This document shows, piece by piece, positions 16,479-24,952 of a stretch of 25,098 bases of DNA (within the stretch, counting starts at the first letter, position 1; each line of letters opens with the position of its first letter). The DNA comes from Promethearchaeota archaeon. GTDB taxonomy: Archaea > Asgardarchaeota > Lokiarchaeia > Sigyniarchaeales > SOKP01. The stretch is taken from positions 1 to 25,098 of the forward strand of contig JBHLOC010000058.1 of assembly GCA_048940925.1 (NCBI GenBank), written 5' to 3'. Under the pieces are notes generated by a model. It saw only the letters and a program-made list of their open reading frames with translations, did no database searches and had not been told where the DNA came from. The translations under genes were made by a program, and so were the position numbers.

Positions 16479-17630
16479 TTGGAACCAATAAAAGAAGAAG
16501 CTATGACATCAGTTGAGAGGGTATTGACAGCGTTAGACCTAAAAGAAGCAGATAGAGTACCAGTTTGGCCATTAATAGATTTTCTTCCTGTAAATTATTA
16601 TGAGGTAACTGCTCAAGAAATGATTGAAGACCCTGATAAATCTCAAAAAGCAAATGAATGGATTTACCATAAATTAGGAGGGTATGATATCTCAATGGCA
16701 GGAGGGGGAATGTATATGCAGTATATAAATCCTTTTCCAGACTTCTTTTCTGTTTATTATCTAGATTGGAGATTACCTGGTCGAATGTTAGATGTAAATG
16801 CTTCTCCTCAGCTTTTTGAGCAAAGCCTTACTAATCCCTTTATCACTGAAAAAGATTATGATAAAATTATTGAAAAAGGATTATTATGGCTTGCTAATTT
16901 TAGAAGAGCGGGAATGAAAGATATGCAGAAACTAGGGAAAATTGGAGCCAAAGTTGCTGAAAATACGGTGAGATGGTGGACACATTTCAAAGTACCAACT
17001 TTTAATGATGGAGCAGCAATCCCTCCTTTTGATTTACTTTCAGTTTTTCGAGGATCAACTAACTTTATGAAAGATATTTATCGATATCCTGACAAGATAA
17101 AAGAAGTAAGTGATTTTTTAATTGATAATCTAATATTAATGGGAGAGTATGGAGTTTCTATGAGTCAAGGAAAGACTATACTAGTTGGCGCTGCAAGAGC
17201 AAGTGCAGACTTTATTTCAATCAAACATTTCGAAGAGCTCTTTTGGCCATATTTTAAGAAAATGGTATCTAAGTATGTTAATGATGAGTTCATAGTACAA
17301 CTTCATATGGATACGAATTGGACTGACCGTTTACATTATTTACGAGAACTGCCTAAAGGTAAAGTTTATATGCATATGGATGAACGAACAGATATTTTCA
17401 AGGCTAAAGAAATATTAGGAGATCATATATGTATTCAAGGAAATCTGAAACCTTCATTATTTACCTTAGGAACTCCTGCTATGGTAGAAAAGCAAACTAA
17501 AGAAATTATCGACAAATGTGCTGAAGGAGGAGGCCTTTTCGTCGGTTCAGAGATACCTGATAACGCTAAACTTGAAAATGTGAAGGCTATGATCGATACT
17601 TGTAAGACTTATGGAAAATATAAAAAATAA
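16479..17630 (+). CDS. Uroporphyrinogen-decarboxylase-fold protein, probable corrinoid-dependent methyltransferase
   Basis: MTSVERV..AL...ADRVPV, PFDLLSVFRG, AKEILGDHICIQGNL, GGG and IP.NAKLENVKAMID; GGAGGT RBS 9 nt before the TTG start; follows the corrinoid gene directly. Confidence 0.85.
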   Translation: MEPIKEEAMTSVERVLTALDLKEADRVPVWPLIDFLPVNYYEVTAQEMIEDPDKSQKANEWIYHKLGGYDISMAGGGMYMQYINPFPDFFSVYYLDWRLPGRMLDVNASPQLFEQSLTNPFITEKDYDKIIEKGLLWLANFRRAGMKDMQKLGKIGAKVAENTVRWWTHFKVPTFNDGAAIPPFDLLSVFRGSTNFMKDIYRYPDKIKEVSDFLIDNLILMGEYGVSMSQGKTILVGAARASADFISIKHFEELFWPYFKKMVSKYVNDEFIVQLHMDTNWTDRLHYLRELPKGKVYMHMDERTDIFKAKEILGDHICIQGNLKPSLFTLGTPAMVEKQTKEIIDKCAEGGGLFVGSEIPDNAKLENVKAMIDTCKTYGKYKK

Positions 17631-17726
17631 AAATAATAATTCAAATTTTAAGTGTAATTTAAACCTACTTAGGTATAGTTCTCGTTCATAAATAAAAAGA
17701 AAAAAATAATAAATTATATTTTTAAA

Positions 17727-18764
17727 TTAGATTTGATACCTTTGACCAATAACTGTTTGAAATTGTAGATTTGGACGTTTATGAATTTTAAATCCTCCTC
17801 GTTTTTTAACTAAATAGAATTGAATCATAGTATCATTATGAATAAGTGTAATCCCTCGCCATATACCATTATTAGAATTGAAATCAACGACATTCCCAAG
17901 TCCAACACCTTCTCTTGTTGAGAAATTAAAACTTATATCATGCAATTTTTTGATTAATTCATCATGATAATCAAAATTTCCATTTTTACGAGTTATGTTT
18001 TTGAATCTTATTGCTTCAATTGAGAAAGCTTTAAGGATATCATTACTCATATTTTTCCAAGCCTTTGGATTTGCATAAAACTCAATCCCAATAAATTCAC
18101 CACTAATAAACACAGCAACTCCACATTGATTTTTAATATTTTTGAAATTTTTGATGAAAGTTTCTGTATACTTATTTGATACTTTTATCATTTCCAAATA
18201 ACTTTCGGTGGGAGCAATAGCACGATTATAGCCCATTTCAGCTCTATGAGACTGAATTTCTTGCCATACACCACTTTGCCCACCTGATGAAATTGCTTCA
18301 TAGGCAACATTGGGATGGAGCCTCATATTCGAAGATTTAAAGCTTCTTCCTCCCCTATAATTCCACCTTGATTGCTCCACACATTTTGCAGGGATGGTAT
18401 ATTTTTGAACAGTTTTTTTTGGATTTTGGTTAAAAACATTTTGTTTTCCTTCAGTAGACAATAGTATAGGTTCCCAGATTGTCCTATCTTGTTTTCCACC
18501 ATGAACAGTCATTCCAAATGGAATTAATATTTGTTTATTACTTTTATTTATAACTTCCAACTGGTTGACTTTATCACTTTCAATGATTTCTATTAAATTC
18601 AATTCTTCAGCTTCTTTAATCGTAATAAAGTTGATAAATTTTTCTTCTCGAATTATAATAGGTATTACCGTCATGTTTTTATAAACTTGAGGAGTGCCCA
18701 ATTTAAGAAACTTTAAAGGATTTTCAAATAAAGATTCAACTTTTTGGATAATTTCACTTTTCAA
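17727..18764 (-). CDS. ARPP-1 (DUF6569)-family domain protein
   Basis: Recognised from memory of the family pattern: V.QLEVINKS...ILIP.G..VHGGKQDRTI, CVEQSRW, QSGVWQEI and QCGVAVFI.G...GIEFY; TTG start with GGAGG RBS inside the upstream gene. Confidence 0.75.
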   Translation of the reverse strand: MKSEIIQKVESLFENPLKFLKLGTPQVYKNMTVIPIIIREEKFINFITIKEAEELNLIEIIESDKVNQLEVINKSNKQILIPFGMTVHGGKQDRTIWEPILLSTEGKQNVFNQNPKKTVQKYTIPAKCVEQSRWNYRGGRSFKSSNMRLHPNVAYEAISSGGQSGVWQEIQSHRAEMGYNRAIAPTESYLEMIKVSNKYTETFIKNFKNIKNQCGVAVFISGEFIGIEFYANPKAWKNMSNDILKAFSIEAIRFKNITRKNGNFDYHDELIKKLHDISFNFSTREGVGLGNVVDFNSNNGIWRGITLIHNDTMIQFYLVKKRGGFKIHKRPNLQFQTVIGQRYQI

Positions 18765-18766
18765 AC

Positions 18767-19162
18767 TTATTCATCCTCCTTTTTTTCATTTTTATTTTTT
18801 TCCTCTTCATAGAGAGGATCTATAAATTGATTAACAATACTTTTACCATTTTTGGTAAGCTCTACCCCATAAGAGACTTTAAGTTTTCCATCGGTTCCTA
18901 CGCCATTAATTCTAGTTCCTTTACCTTTCGGCAATTTATTTTCTGGTCGCTCTTCAGTATGAGTTTTTATAATACCACCTCGTTTAAGCGCATTTAGATG
19001 ATAATTTATATTTTGTTTTTGAATTCCAATCTTTTCCGCAATTTTAGTAGGTCTCTGAGGCCTATCTGAAAGCTCTCTTAGAATATCAGCTCTTACAGGA
19101 CTTCTAAATACAAGTCCAACTTTTTCAAAAATGGGTTTTTTCTTTTCTTTTTTCTTAGCCAT
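18767..19162 (-). CDS. ArsR-like winged-helix transcriptional regulator
   Basis: SPVRADILREL..RPQRPTKIAEKIGIQKQNINYHLNALKRGGII and C-terminal YGVELTKNGK; ends 2 bp before the ARPP-1 gene start. Confidence 0.85.
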   Translation of the reverse strand: MAKKKEKKKPIFEKVGLVFRSPVRADILRELSDRPQRPTKIAEKIGIQKQNINYHLNALKRGGIIKTHTEERPENKLPKGKGTRINGVGTDGKLKVSYGVELTKNGKSIVNQFIDPLYEEEKNKNEKKEDE

Positions 19163-19177
19163 ATTTTTCACAAATTT

Positions 19178-19208
19178 TTTTATAGTAAAAACTTTTTTTA
19201 CTGTAAAA
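19178..19208. promoter_or_regulatory. Inverted repeat TTTTATAGTAAAAA-ctt-TTTTTACTGTAAAA, probable wHTH operator
   Basis: 14-bp arms with 13/14 match, lying between a minus-strand TATA-like box (TTTATATA at about 19225-19232) and the wHTH ATG at 19162. Confidence 0.6.
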
Positions 19209-19366
19209 CAGATATTGATCTTGATATATAAATGTTTTGGTAGTAATTTGAGAAATTGATTTTAAAAAAAAGTTAAATAACTATATATTAAATTTTTAAT
19301 TAAATCAAATAATTTTTAAGAAAATTCAATTTTCAAAATATAAAAAGATTAGAGAGGGCAATTGAA

Positions 19367-20596
19367 ATGGTTGACATTAGTAACATAAGGAAAATCACAA
19401 TAGTTGGAACGGGATTTATGGGATATGGGATAGCCCATGTAGCTTTACTCGCTGGTTTTGATAAGGTTATTATATATGACATTAAAAAAGAATCATTAGA
19501 TAAAGCAGCAGAACAAATTGAAATAGGGATTAAAAAATGTGATGAATTGGGAAAACTTAGTGAAGATCTTACAGCAGATATTCTTATGTCAAGATTGATT
19601 AAAGAATTAGAGTTAAAAAAAGCTGTAGAAAAAGCTGATTTTATCATTGAAGCGGTTCCGGAAAGATTGGATCTCAAACGAGAGGTATATAAGAAATTAG
19701 GTGAATATGCCCCTAAAAACACCATTTTGGCATCAAATACTTCTTTTATGGACATATCTGAATTAGGCAAGGCCTCAGGAAGACCGGAAAAAGTGATTGG
19801 TATGCACTTTTTACCTCCTATAATTGCTAGTAGAGTAATTGAAGTAACTAAGGGGGTACAAACTTCGGATGAAACTATGGATATCTGTACTACAGTTGGT
19901 GAAAGACTGCCCTGTATAAGTGGTGAAAGATATATCGCGCGTATTGATAAATGGAGACCTGGTTTTATAGTAAATCGATTAATTTGTACTGTTGCTCTAT
20001 ATTTTAGCGAGATTGCTGATCATGCAATTGAAAAAGGTATTCCTTGGGAGCAGGTAGATGCAGATATAGCTGTTGGTGAAGATTCTATGGGACTATGTGA
20101 AACTTTGGATTATATAGGTTTAGATGTAATTTATGATTCTATGAATTATCTAAAAGAAGCACTTTCTCCAGATTTCACTTTAGGAAAAGTATTCACTGAA
20201 TTGTATGAAGAAGGGAATTTTGGTGCTAAGATAGGAAAGGGATTTTATGAATGGCCTAAGAAAGAACGATATTTCTTCGAATGGACTAAAGAAGGAAGAC
20301 CAAAAATGGATAGGTCAAAAAAGGCAGGTTTAATCGATTTAGAGACCATCATTGCTATTGAAATAAATGAAGGATGCAAACTTATAGAAGAAGGTGTTGT
20401 ATCAGGATATGAAGTTATTGATGATGTAATGTTTTTAGGATTACGTGAACAATGGCCTGGACCATTTGCTATAGGAAATAGATTGTATAAAAATTTATGT
20501 GTTAAATTAGAAGATTTGGCAGAAAAAACAAGAAAAAATTATTTTAAGCCATGTGATTTAATGAAATCAGGCGCTTTCATTAATATGAGAAAATAA
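19367..20596 (+). CDS. 3-hydroxyacyl-CoA dehydrogenase with a second C-terminal dimerisation domain
   Basis: GTGFMGYGIA, IEAVPERLDLK, ASNTS, GMHF, PGFIVNRL, G.K.GKGFYEW and a repeated C-domain (INEGCKLIEEGV..IDDVM..GPF). Confidence 0.92.
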   Translation: MVDISNIRKITIVGTGFMGYGIAHVALLAGFDKVIIYDIKKESLDKAAEQIEIGIKKCDELGKLSEDLTADILMSRLIKELELKKAVEKADFIIEAVPERLDLKREVYKKLGEYAPKNTILASNTSFMDISELGKASGRPEKVIGMHFLPPIIASRVIEVTKGVQTSDETMDICTTVGERLPCISGERYIARIDKWRPGFIVNRLICTVALYFSEIADHAIEKGIPWEQVDADIAVGEDSMGLCETLDYIGLDVIYDSMNYLKEALSPDFTLGKVFTELYEEGNFGAKIGKGFYEWPKKERYFFEWTKEGRPKMDRSKKAGLIDLETIIAIEINEGCKLIEEGVVSGYEVIDDVMFLGLREQWPGPFAIGNRLYKNLCVKLEDLAEKTRKNYFKPCDLMKSGAFINMRK

Positions 20597-20671
20597 AAAC
20601 CAAAAAATCAAATCAAATATGAATAAAAAAGTATATAGGCAAATTTAAAATTATAATTCTTTTTGTTTATT

Positions 20672-21844
20672 CTAATCTTTACATTTATAACTTTTTTCAA
20701 GTAGATCAAAAACTTCATCAAAATTAACAACTTTTGGATGCAGTGTATAATTTCGGAGTTTCATAGAATCTTGAGCTATAGCTTTCAACAGGTCTTCAGA
20801 TATATTTTTTTCTTCTAAGTCCATCCACATTCCTATTTTCTTAAGAAAGGAATCCATTTCATCACATGCTTTCTCAGCAGCAAACTCATCAGTTTCACTT
20901 TCTAAATTAGGATTAAAGAGACGACCCACAGTTGCATATTTTTGAATCGCATATTTCCATGTCAAGCGGTTAATTTCAGGATACATAATTGCAAGACTTT
21001 CCCCATGCATAATATCAGGAGCATGGCCTCCAATAGCCATACCTATTCCATGAGGAAGAGTAGTTCCAACGGTTGTAATTGAGAGTCCTCCAAGCATTGC
21101 TGCGTAGGCTAGTGCCTCTCTTGCTTCTATATTAGTTCCATCCTTCACTGCAATTGGGAGATATTTGATAACTTTTTTAAGTGAATCTAATGTATAAAGA
21201 TCGATTAATTCTGATGCATTTTTATTTAAATAACTTTCAAATGAATGGCAAAAAGCGTCCCAACCCGTTGAAGCGGTGATATGTGGGGGAACTGTCATTG
21301 TAAGTTCAGGATCAATAATACTAACACGGGGCATAAGTGCCCAATCAGCAAGAGCAGATTTAAATTTTTCATCTGGATGCTTTAGGACTGCCATATTTGT
21401 GATTTCAGAACCTGTGCCACCAGTAGTTGGAACAGCAATTATTGGAAGGATACTTTTACTCTGAACTCGTTTCTCTCCTAATCGATAGTCCCATATATCG
21501 CCTTCATGAGTTGCGCCAACAGCAATAGCTTTAGCAGTATCCATGCTTGAGCCACCACCTACTCCTAAAACAATATCAATCTCATTCTCAGCAGCTATTT
21601 TAGAACCTTTATTTATACATTCGGTTGTAGGATTAGGGATAACTCCATCAAAATGGAACATTTCTACTCCTGCTTCTTTGCATAATCTTTTTATTTTCTC
21701 AAATAATGGTTTAAGAGCAGGGAATGATTTAACAGTTATTAATAAACATCTTTTACCATTTCTAGCAACATTTTTGCCTATTTCATTCACGCGTCCCCAT
21801 CCAAAGCTAATACGGGTTGGCAAATAGAAATTAAAACTATTCAC
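20672..21844 (-). CDS. Iron-containing (type III) alcohol dehydrogenase
   Basis: PNPT, GVGGGSSMDTAKAIA, VPTTGGTGSE and metal ligands DAFCH, LPHG, MHGE; GTG start with AGGAGGT RBS overlapping the upstream stop. Confidence 0.93.
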   Translation of the reverse strand: MNSFNFYLPTRISFGWGRVNEIGKNVARNGKRCLLITVKSFPALKPLFEKIKRLCKEAGVEMFHFDGVIPNPTTECINKGSKIAAENEIDIVLGVGGGSSMDTAKAIAVGATHEGDIWDYRLGEKRVQSKSILPIIAVPTTGGTGSEITNMAVLKHPDEKFKSALADWALMPRVSIIDPELTMTVPPHITASTGWDAFCHSFESYLNKNASELIDLYTLDSLKKVIKYLPIAVKDGTNIEAREALAYAAMLGGLSITTVGTTLPHGIGMAIGGHAPDIMHGESLAIMYPEINRLTWKYAIQKYATVGRLFNPNLESETDEFAAEKACDEMDSFLKKIGMWMDLEEKNISEDLLKAIAQDSMKLRNYTLHPKVVNFDEVFDLLEKSYKCKD

Positions 21845-21855
21845 AATAAAACCTC

Positions 21856-23193
21856 CTAATTAATTTTATACTGACTCTTTAAGAAATTAACAATATAATC
21901 TTTCACTTTATTACGATCAGGTAAGCTAGCCACCATCCCATATATGGCTGCGTCTCCATCGGAAGACTTTCCAGGACTTTCAACAACTTGATTAACAGCC
22001 CACTTAAGATCTGTTAAGAATTTATCCACAATCTCAGCATGATGAGGATTTACCATCATATGTAAAGCATTAGGAAATTGAATCCGATCTAAATGCCATC
22101 CTTTCTTATCTAATAAATCTCCTAATTGATAAATATCAATCTTATCGGAAGTGAAAGAAAACACGCTTATCACGGGTTTCCCAATGATATATAATTCAGG
22201 AATCTGATTAATTCCTCTAATTAATCTTTTTGAGGCATCCATGACGATTTTTGCTAAGTTCATATAACCTTCAAAGCCTAGTCCTTTCATAGCGGCCCAT
22301 GCTGCCGCTATTGCTCCGCCAGGACGAGTACCTCTCATGGATGGAGAAATATAGATACCTCCTGACCAATCAGTATACACGGAAAATTGGTGTTTCCACA
22401 CTCTTTCCTTCTGATAGAGTATGGTAGATGCCCCTTTTGCACCATATCCATATTTATGAACATCTGCACTAATAGATGTTACACCTGGAACTGAAAAATC
22501 AAAATCAGGAATCTCATAGCCAAGTTTCTTAGCAAAAGGTAGCATAAATCCTCCAAGACACGCATCAACATGTAATCCAATACCGTGTTCTTTAACAATA
22601 GTACCGAGTTCTGATATGGGATCTACAACTCCTCTTGGGAAATCACATGCAGAACCAACCATCAAAATAGTATTCTTGGTTAATGCTCTTTCCATAGCCT
22701 TTATATCTGCTCGATGAGTTTCTGTATCTACAGGTACTCGCACAGATTTTACTTTAAAATAATCTGCTCCTTTATCAAACGCAGGATGAGCAGAACTAGG
22801 CAAAACCATTTCTGGTTCTTTAACATCTGGGAATTTTTCTTCTGCCCAATCCCTGTATGTCTTTATAGCCATTAAAATGCTTTCAGTACCTCCAGATGTC
22901 ATACTCCCACAACACCTTTTATCGCCATTAAACAAATCAATAGCCATTGAAATAACTTCTGTTTCGAATTTCTTTAAGCTCGGAAAAGCTATTGGACTCA
23001 AGGCGTTCTTAGAAAAAAACATAGTATATGCTTTTTTGAGCATTTCTGTATGTTTGTCTGTAGCATGATATACCAAGCTCCAAACTTTACCATCTCGCCA
23101 ATTAATATCACCTTTGCTAATTTCTTCCATTTGTTTTAGGAGTTCACTTTCGGGAATCCCTTTTTCTGGCAATATAACCTTAGGTCTAGCCAT
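21856..23193 (-). CDS. PLP-dependent group II decarboxylase/lyase, sphingosine-1-phosphate lyase-like
   Basis: TSGGTESI, AHPAFDK, LHVDACLGGF, SISADVHKYGYGAKG (PLP Lys), GTRPG and C-terminal AAIYG. Confidence 0.88.
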   Translation of the reverse strand: MARPKVILPEKGIPESELLKQMEEISKGDINWRDGKVWSLVYHATDKHTEMLKKAYTMFFSKNALSPIAFPSLKKFETEVISMAIDLFNGDKRCCGSMTSGGTESILMAIKTYRDWAEEKFPDVKEPEMVLPSSAHPAFDKGADYFKVKSVRVPVDTETHRADIKAMERALTKNTILMVGSACDFPRGVVDPISELGTIVKEHGIGLHVDACLGGFMLPFAKKLGYEIPDFDFSVPGVTSISADVHKYGYGAKGASTILYQKERVWKHQFSVYTDWSGGIYISPSMRGTRPGGAIAAAWAAMKGLGFEGYMNLAKIVMDASKRLIRGINQIPELYIIGKPVISVFSFTSDKIDIYQLGDLLDKKGWHLDRIQFPNALHMMVNPHHAEIVDKFLTDLKWAVNQVVESPGKSSDGDAAIYGMVASLPDRNKVKDYIVNFLKSQYKIN

Positions 23194-23284
23194 TTCACTT
23201 CACTAAATGATTTAAGTTTTCTGAATACTTTTTGAAATTTATTTAGTATTTCTTAGAAAAAAGAAAAAAAATTATTAAAAATTG

Positions 23285-24952
23285 TTATTTAAAATCTTTT
23301 ATTTTTTGTTTTATAACAATTATTGAAGAAATAAAGCCAAGAATAGTTAATAAAAGATAATAACTTCCGAAAGAAATCCATCTCTTTTTTTTATAGGGGA
23401 CTTGTTCTATAATACGTTGAGCATAAATATCGATCTCTGTCCTATTCATATTTCTATCATCTGCCCACGTAATTATCACGCCCTCTGTTCCATCACTGCA
23501 TACTGCCGGATAAGACTTGTTATAATTACCAGTATTAATGCTTATGCCATCAATAGTCCACTGGACAGTTCCATTAAAATCAATTCGCTGCATAGAAATA
23601 TCACTTCTTAGTTTTCTTCCCGTTTTTTCCCATACTATAAATGCCCCCCCCTTCCCATCAGAACAAATTTGTAACGGAGATTCGTAATCATACGTTGTGC
23701 AAATAGCTTCACCATTAACAGTCCATTGTACCTTTCCTTTTGAATCGACTCGTTGAGCATAAATATCCCTATCTAGTCTACCACTTCTATAATCTTGCCA
23801 TGCAATGATTGCGCCCTCTTCTCCATCAGTACAAATTATAGGAATATACTGAAGATCATCTGCTCTGCAAATATCTGTACCATTGATGCCCCATTGAATA
23901 TCTCCACTAGAGTTAATTTTTTGAGCAAATATATCGGAGCAACATCCTTTTCTCCACTCCATCCATGTAATAATTGCTCCCCCTATTCCATCAGAGCAGA
24001 TTTGATGGTATTGATTATGTTTGTTTGCGAAATAGATTTGCATACCTTCATTCTTCCACTGCACATTTCCAGCTGAATTAACTCGTTGTGCGAAAAAACC
24101 CCATCCATCCATTTTATATGGATGACCGAAAATACATTCTGCCCACACGATTATAGCACCACCATCTCCATCACTGCAGATTTGCGGATTCCAATTCGAT
24201 AGGTAATCACTGCTTGTAATTATAGCAATTCCGTTATCATTCCATAGCACATCTCCTTTTGAATTGATGCGCTGAGCGTAAACGTCTACTTTTCCATCCC
24301 CATTTCTCTCATCTTGCCATACTATGATTGCACCTCCATCTCCGTCGCTAATTATTTGAGAGCCTGATTGATCTCCGCTTGCTGTGCATATAGCTGTACC
24401 ATTATCATCCCATAGCACATCTCCTTTTGAATTGACTCGTTGAGCATAAATATCCCTAACTGTGATATTGCTACGACAATCTTCCCATACAATGATGGCA
24501 CCCCCTGCACCATCACTAATTATTCTTTGATTTAAAATCCAATAATCATAGAATATTCTTTGTTTACCATTTGCAGTACATATAGCTGTGCCATTTCCCT
24601 CCCATTGCACATCTCCTGTTGAGTTAATTTTCTGAGCATGAATATCTGAAACTGTAAAATTGGCATGATAATGTTCCCATACAATGATGGCACCCCCTGC
24701 ACCATCACTAATTATTTGAGGATTATGTTGAGTATTATTCGTTTGACATATAACAACGCCCTCTTCGGTCCATAAATTCGTAGTAGGGATTTGAGGTTTT
24801 TCAATGTTGGAAATTGTTAAATTGGGGTGAGTATCATATCCCGAGATATAAATTCTAATAGGAACCATGCCAATAGTAAGACACAATGTTGAAATAACAA
24901 ACAAAAATAGTACTAAACTTTTAAAATTTTTCGTATTCATAGTTTTCGCCAA
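23285..24952 (-). CDS. Exported repeat protein (about 7 repeats of about 60 aa, probably a beta-propeller) with N-terminal signal/TM and C-terminal TM anchor
   Basis: Repeat consensus PQI.SDG.GGAIIVWED.R...DIYAQR.NS.G...W..NG.AICT; C-terminal ISFGSYYLLLTILGFISSIIVIKQK. Confidence 0.85.
   Translation of the reverse strand: MAKTMNTKNFKSLVLFLFVISTLCLTIGMVPIRIYISGYDTHPNLTISNIEKPQIPTTNLWTEEGVVICQTNNTQHNPQIISDGAGGAIIVWEHYHANFTVSDIHAQKINSTGDVQWEGNGTAICTANGKQRIFYDYWILNQRIISDGAGGAIIVWEDCRSNITVRDIYAQRVNSKGDVLWDDNGTAICTASGDQSGSQIISDGDGGAIIVWQDERNGDGKVDVYAQRINSKGDVLWNDNGIAIITSSDYLSNWNPQICSDGDGGAIIVWAECIFGHPYKMDGWGFFAQRVNSAGNVQWKNEGMQIYFANKHNQYHQICSDGIGGAIITWMEWRKGCCSDIFAQKINSSGDIQWGINGTDICRADDLQYIPIICTDGEEGAIIAWQDYRSGRLDRDIYAQRVDSKGKVQWTVNGEAICTTYDYESPLQICSDGKGGAFIVWEKTGRKLRSDISMQRIDFNGTVQWTIDGISINTGNYNKSYPAVCSDGTEGVIITWADDRNMNRTEIDIYAQRIIEQVPYKKKRWISFGSYYLLLTILGFISSIIVIKQKIKDFK
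24242..24716. repeat. Exact intragenic DNA repeats in the surface-protein gene
   Basis: 43 nt identical at 24482-24524 and 24674-24716; 26 nt identical at 24242-24267 and 24410-24435. Confidence 0.85.

Noticed and set aside
16473-16481. Corrinoid and UroD-fold ORFs are also in frame (TAA ACA TTG)
   Set aside because: The stop is TAA and a strong GGAGGT RBS is well placed for independent TTG initiation, so this is an ordinary operon junction.
15837-17630. Pyrrolysine-dependent methylamine methyltransferase or methanogenesis locus
   Set aside because: No MttB/MtbB/MtmB-like ORF, no in-frame TAG readthrough candidate, and no pyl or mcr genes.
12683-23193. Trimethyllysine-to-butyrobetaine (carnitine-like) pathway built from SET, PLP lyase, ADH, CoA-transferase and the corrinoid system
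   Set aside because: The genes lie in three separate transcription units, the hydroxylase step is missing, and nothing in the sequence points to these substrates.
23400-24780. Periodic repeats as a possible CRISPR array or DGR template/variable repeat pair
   Set aside because: The repeats are in-frame protein repeats spaced about 170-190 nt apart; no cas or reverse transcriptase gene is present and I saw no adenine-specific mismatch pattern.
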